From the NCBI GenBank assembly GCA_018814465.1, contig JAHIZR010000228.1, forward strand, positions 173-64,172: 64,000 nt of DNA, written 5' to 3'. Below, in pieces: positions 62,798-64,000 of this stretch (position 1 is its first letter; every line of letters starts with the position of its first letter). Origin of the DNA: a bacterium. Its GTDB lineage: Bacteria; Electryoneota; RPQS01. The translations under genes were made by a program, and so were the position numbers. Under the pieces are notes generated by a model. It did no database searches, was not told the DNA's origin, and worked only from the letters and a program-made list of their open reading frames with translations.

Positions 62798-63718
62798 TTA
62801 GAACGTGACGGTTCCTTCGAGGATGGGAACCACCGAACCGCCGACGCGAACCGTGTGCGGTTGACGATTGTCGTGATCGACTTCTATGTCCAAAAAACTG
62901 GGACGCCCCATTTCCAGACCTTGCTCACTGCGGATTTTAACAGTGGGCTGATCCGTATTGAGTAAACCATGCTTCACGATATACGCACCCAGTCCACCGT
63001 TGGCGCTGCCGGTCGCGGGATCTTCAAGAATACCAAGCGAAGGCGCCATGCAGCGCACATGAATATCCACTCCCGGATTGACGGCTTCACGACAGAAAGC
63101 CGCAATCAGATGCAGCCGGTTCGCGGATGTGATCGAATTCATGATCGTCGGATTATAGTGACCGGCATCAAGTCCGGCCACATCGGCGAGCGAGCGCATA
63201 CAGACAATTAATTGCGGTGTGCCCGTCGAGACGATTTGAATCGGATAGCCTGAACCTTTGATCGCTTCAACATTCGTTCCCAAGCCCCGCGCGATCAATT
63301 CGATATCTTCAATCACCGAACCGAATTCCGGTTTCCCCTGCGTCATGACGACACTTTCAACTCTGCCGGCTTTCACATTCAGCGTTGCAGGCAAGACACC
63401 CACGCCCAATTCAAAAGTCGCTGTCGTAACCGGTTCGACAAGCTTAGTACGACCAAGTTTCGCCAACACCCAATGAGTGCCGATTACCGGATGACCTGCA
63501 AAAGGAAGTTCATACCGAGGAGTGTAGATCCGCACCCGATAGTCCGCATCCGGTCGCGTGGGCTTCATTACGAAGGTAGTTTCAGACAGATTCATCTCGA
63601 GCGCCAGCTTCTGCATCTGGTCGCTTGTCAGCTCGTCGGCATCCGGGAATACCGCCAGAGGATTCCCGCCGAATGCCTGGTTTGTGAAGACATCTACCTG
63701 ATAGAAAGTCAGCTTCAT
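62798..63718 (-). CDS. PhzF-family isomerase
   Basis: FYQVDVFTNQAFGGNPLAVF. Confidence 0.8.
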   Translation of the reverse strand: MKLTFYQVDVFTNQAFGGNPLAVFPDADELTSDQMQKLALEMNLSETTFVMKPTRPDADYRVRIYTPRYELPFAGHPVIGTHWVLAKLGRTKLVEPVTTATFELGVGVLPATLNVKAGRVESVVMTQGKPEFGSVIEDIELIARGLGTNVEAIKGSGYPIQIVSTGTPQLIVCMRSLADVAGLDAGHYNPTIMNSITSANRLHLIAAFCREAVNPGVDIHVRCMAPSLGILEDPATGSANGGLGAYIVKHGLLNTDQPTVKIRSEQGLEMGRPSFLDIEVDHDNRQPHTVRVGGSVVPILEGTVTF

Positions 63719-63826
63719 GAAAACCGCCTCCGTTTTCCCTGTTTAGTTTAAACGGAAGTCTTTATTAATTATTAGTTAAGGAAATAATCCTAACCAGTCT
63801 CAATCTATGGGAAAAAAGTCCAAATG

Positions 63827-64000
63827 TCAAGGAGATAACATGCGATTCTGAGTTGCCCCTGTCTTCCCGAATTGCAGCCGATAGAGACGATAATAGATTC
63901 CTTGCTGAGCCAGCAATTCCTCATGAGTCCCCTGCTCAGCCAGCCGTCCGTGATGCATCACCAGAATCCGGACGCAACGCTTGATGGTAGAGAGACGGTG
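63827..64000 (-). CDS. ABC transporter ATPase/permease (exporter), C-terminal fragment truncated by the window end
   Basis: C-terminal segment ...[32 protein letters not shown] is typical of the tail of an ABC exporter nucleotide-binding domain. Confidence 0.6.
   Translation of the reverse strand, partial: HRLSTIKRCVRILVMHHGRLAEQGTHEELLAQQGIYYRLYRLQFGKTGATQNRMLSP

Overview
This 64-kb window has four parts. (1) Left edge: a CRISPR array (36-bp repeat, 29-30-bp spacers, cut by the window start) lies 19 bp from a darT-darG toxin-antitoxin / anti-phage pair. (2) About 2.4-38.2 kb: a high-G+C tailed prophage (~35 kb) with an XRE repressor and Cro-like switch, early small proteins including a CheY-like receiver, a recombination and replication block (Cas4-like nuclease, SMC-like ATPase, RusA, HerA-like ATPase, initiator with internal iterons), terminases, portal, a ParB-methyltransferase fusion, a fused protease-scaffold-capsid gene, paralogous tail-tube genes, tape measure, LamG fibre and holins. 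No integrase is visible. (3) About 38.2-46.8 kb: a low-G+C cluster of secreted proteins with T9SS C-terminal sorting domains (LVIVD beta-propeller, metzincin-like protease, a 984-aa cargo). This places the host in the FCB group (Bacteroidota and relatives). It is followed by tRNA-Pro(TGG) and an IS1/IS1595-like InsA fragment. (4) 48-64 kb: host housekeeping genes (tdh, a permease, kbl, an orphan DNA methyltransferase, proline dehydrogenase, RidA, dNK, folK, folB, kdsA, IDH, pyrG, kdsB, gatC, PhzF-like, partial ABC exporter). All calls rest on reading the translations and sequence motifs by eye; no searches were run.
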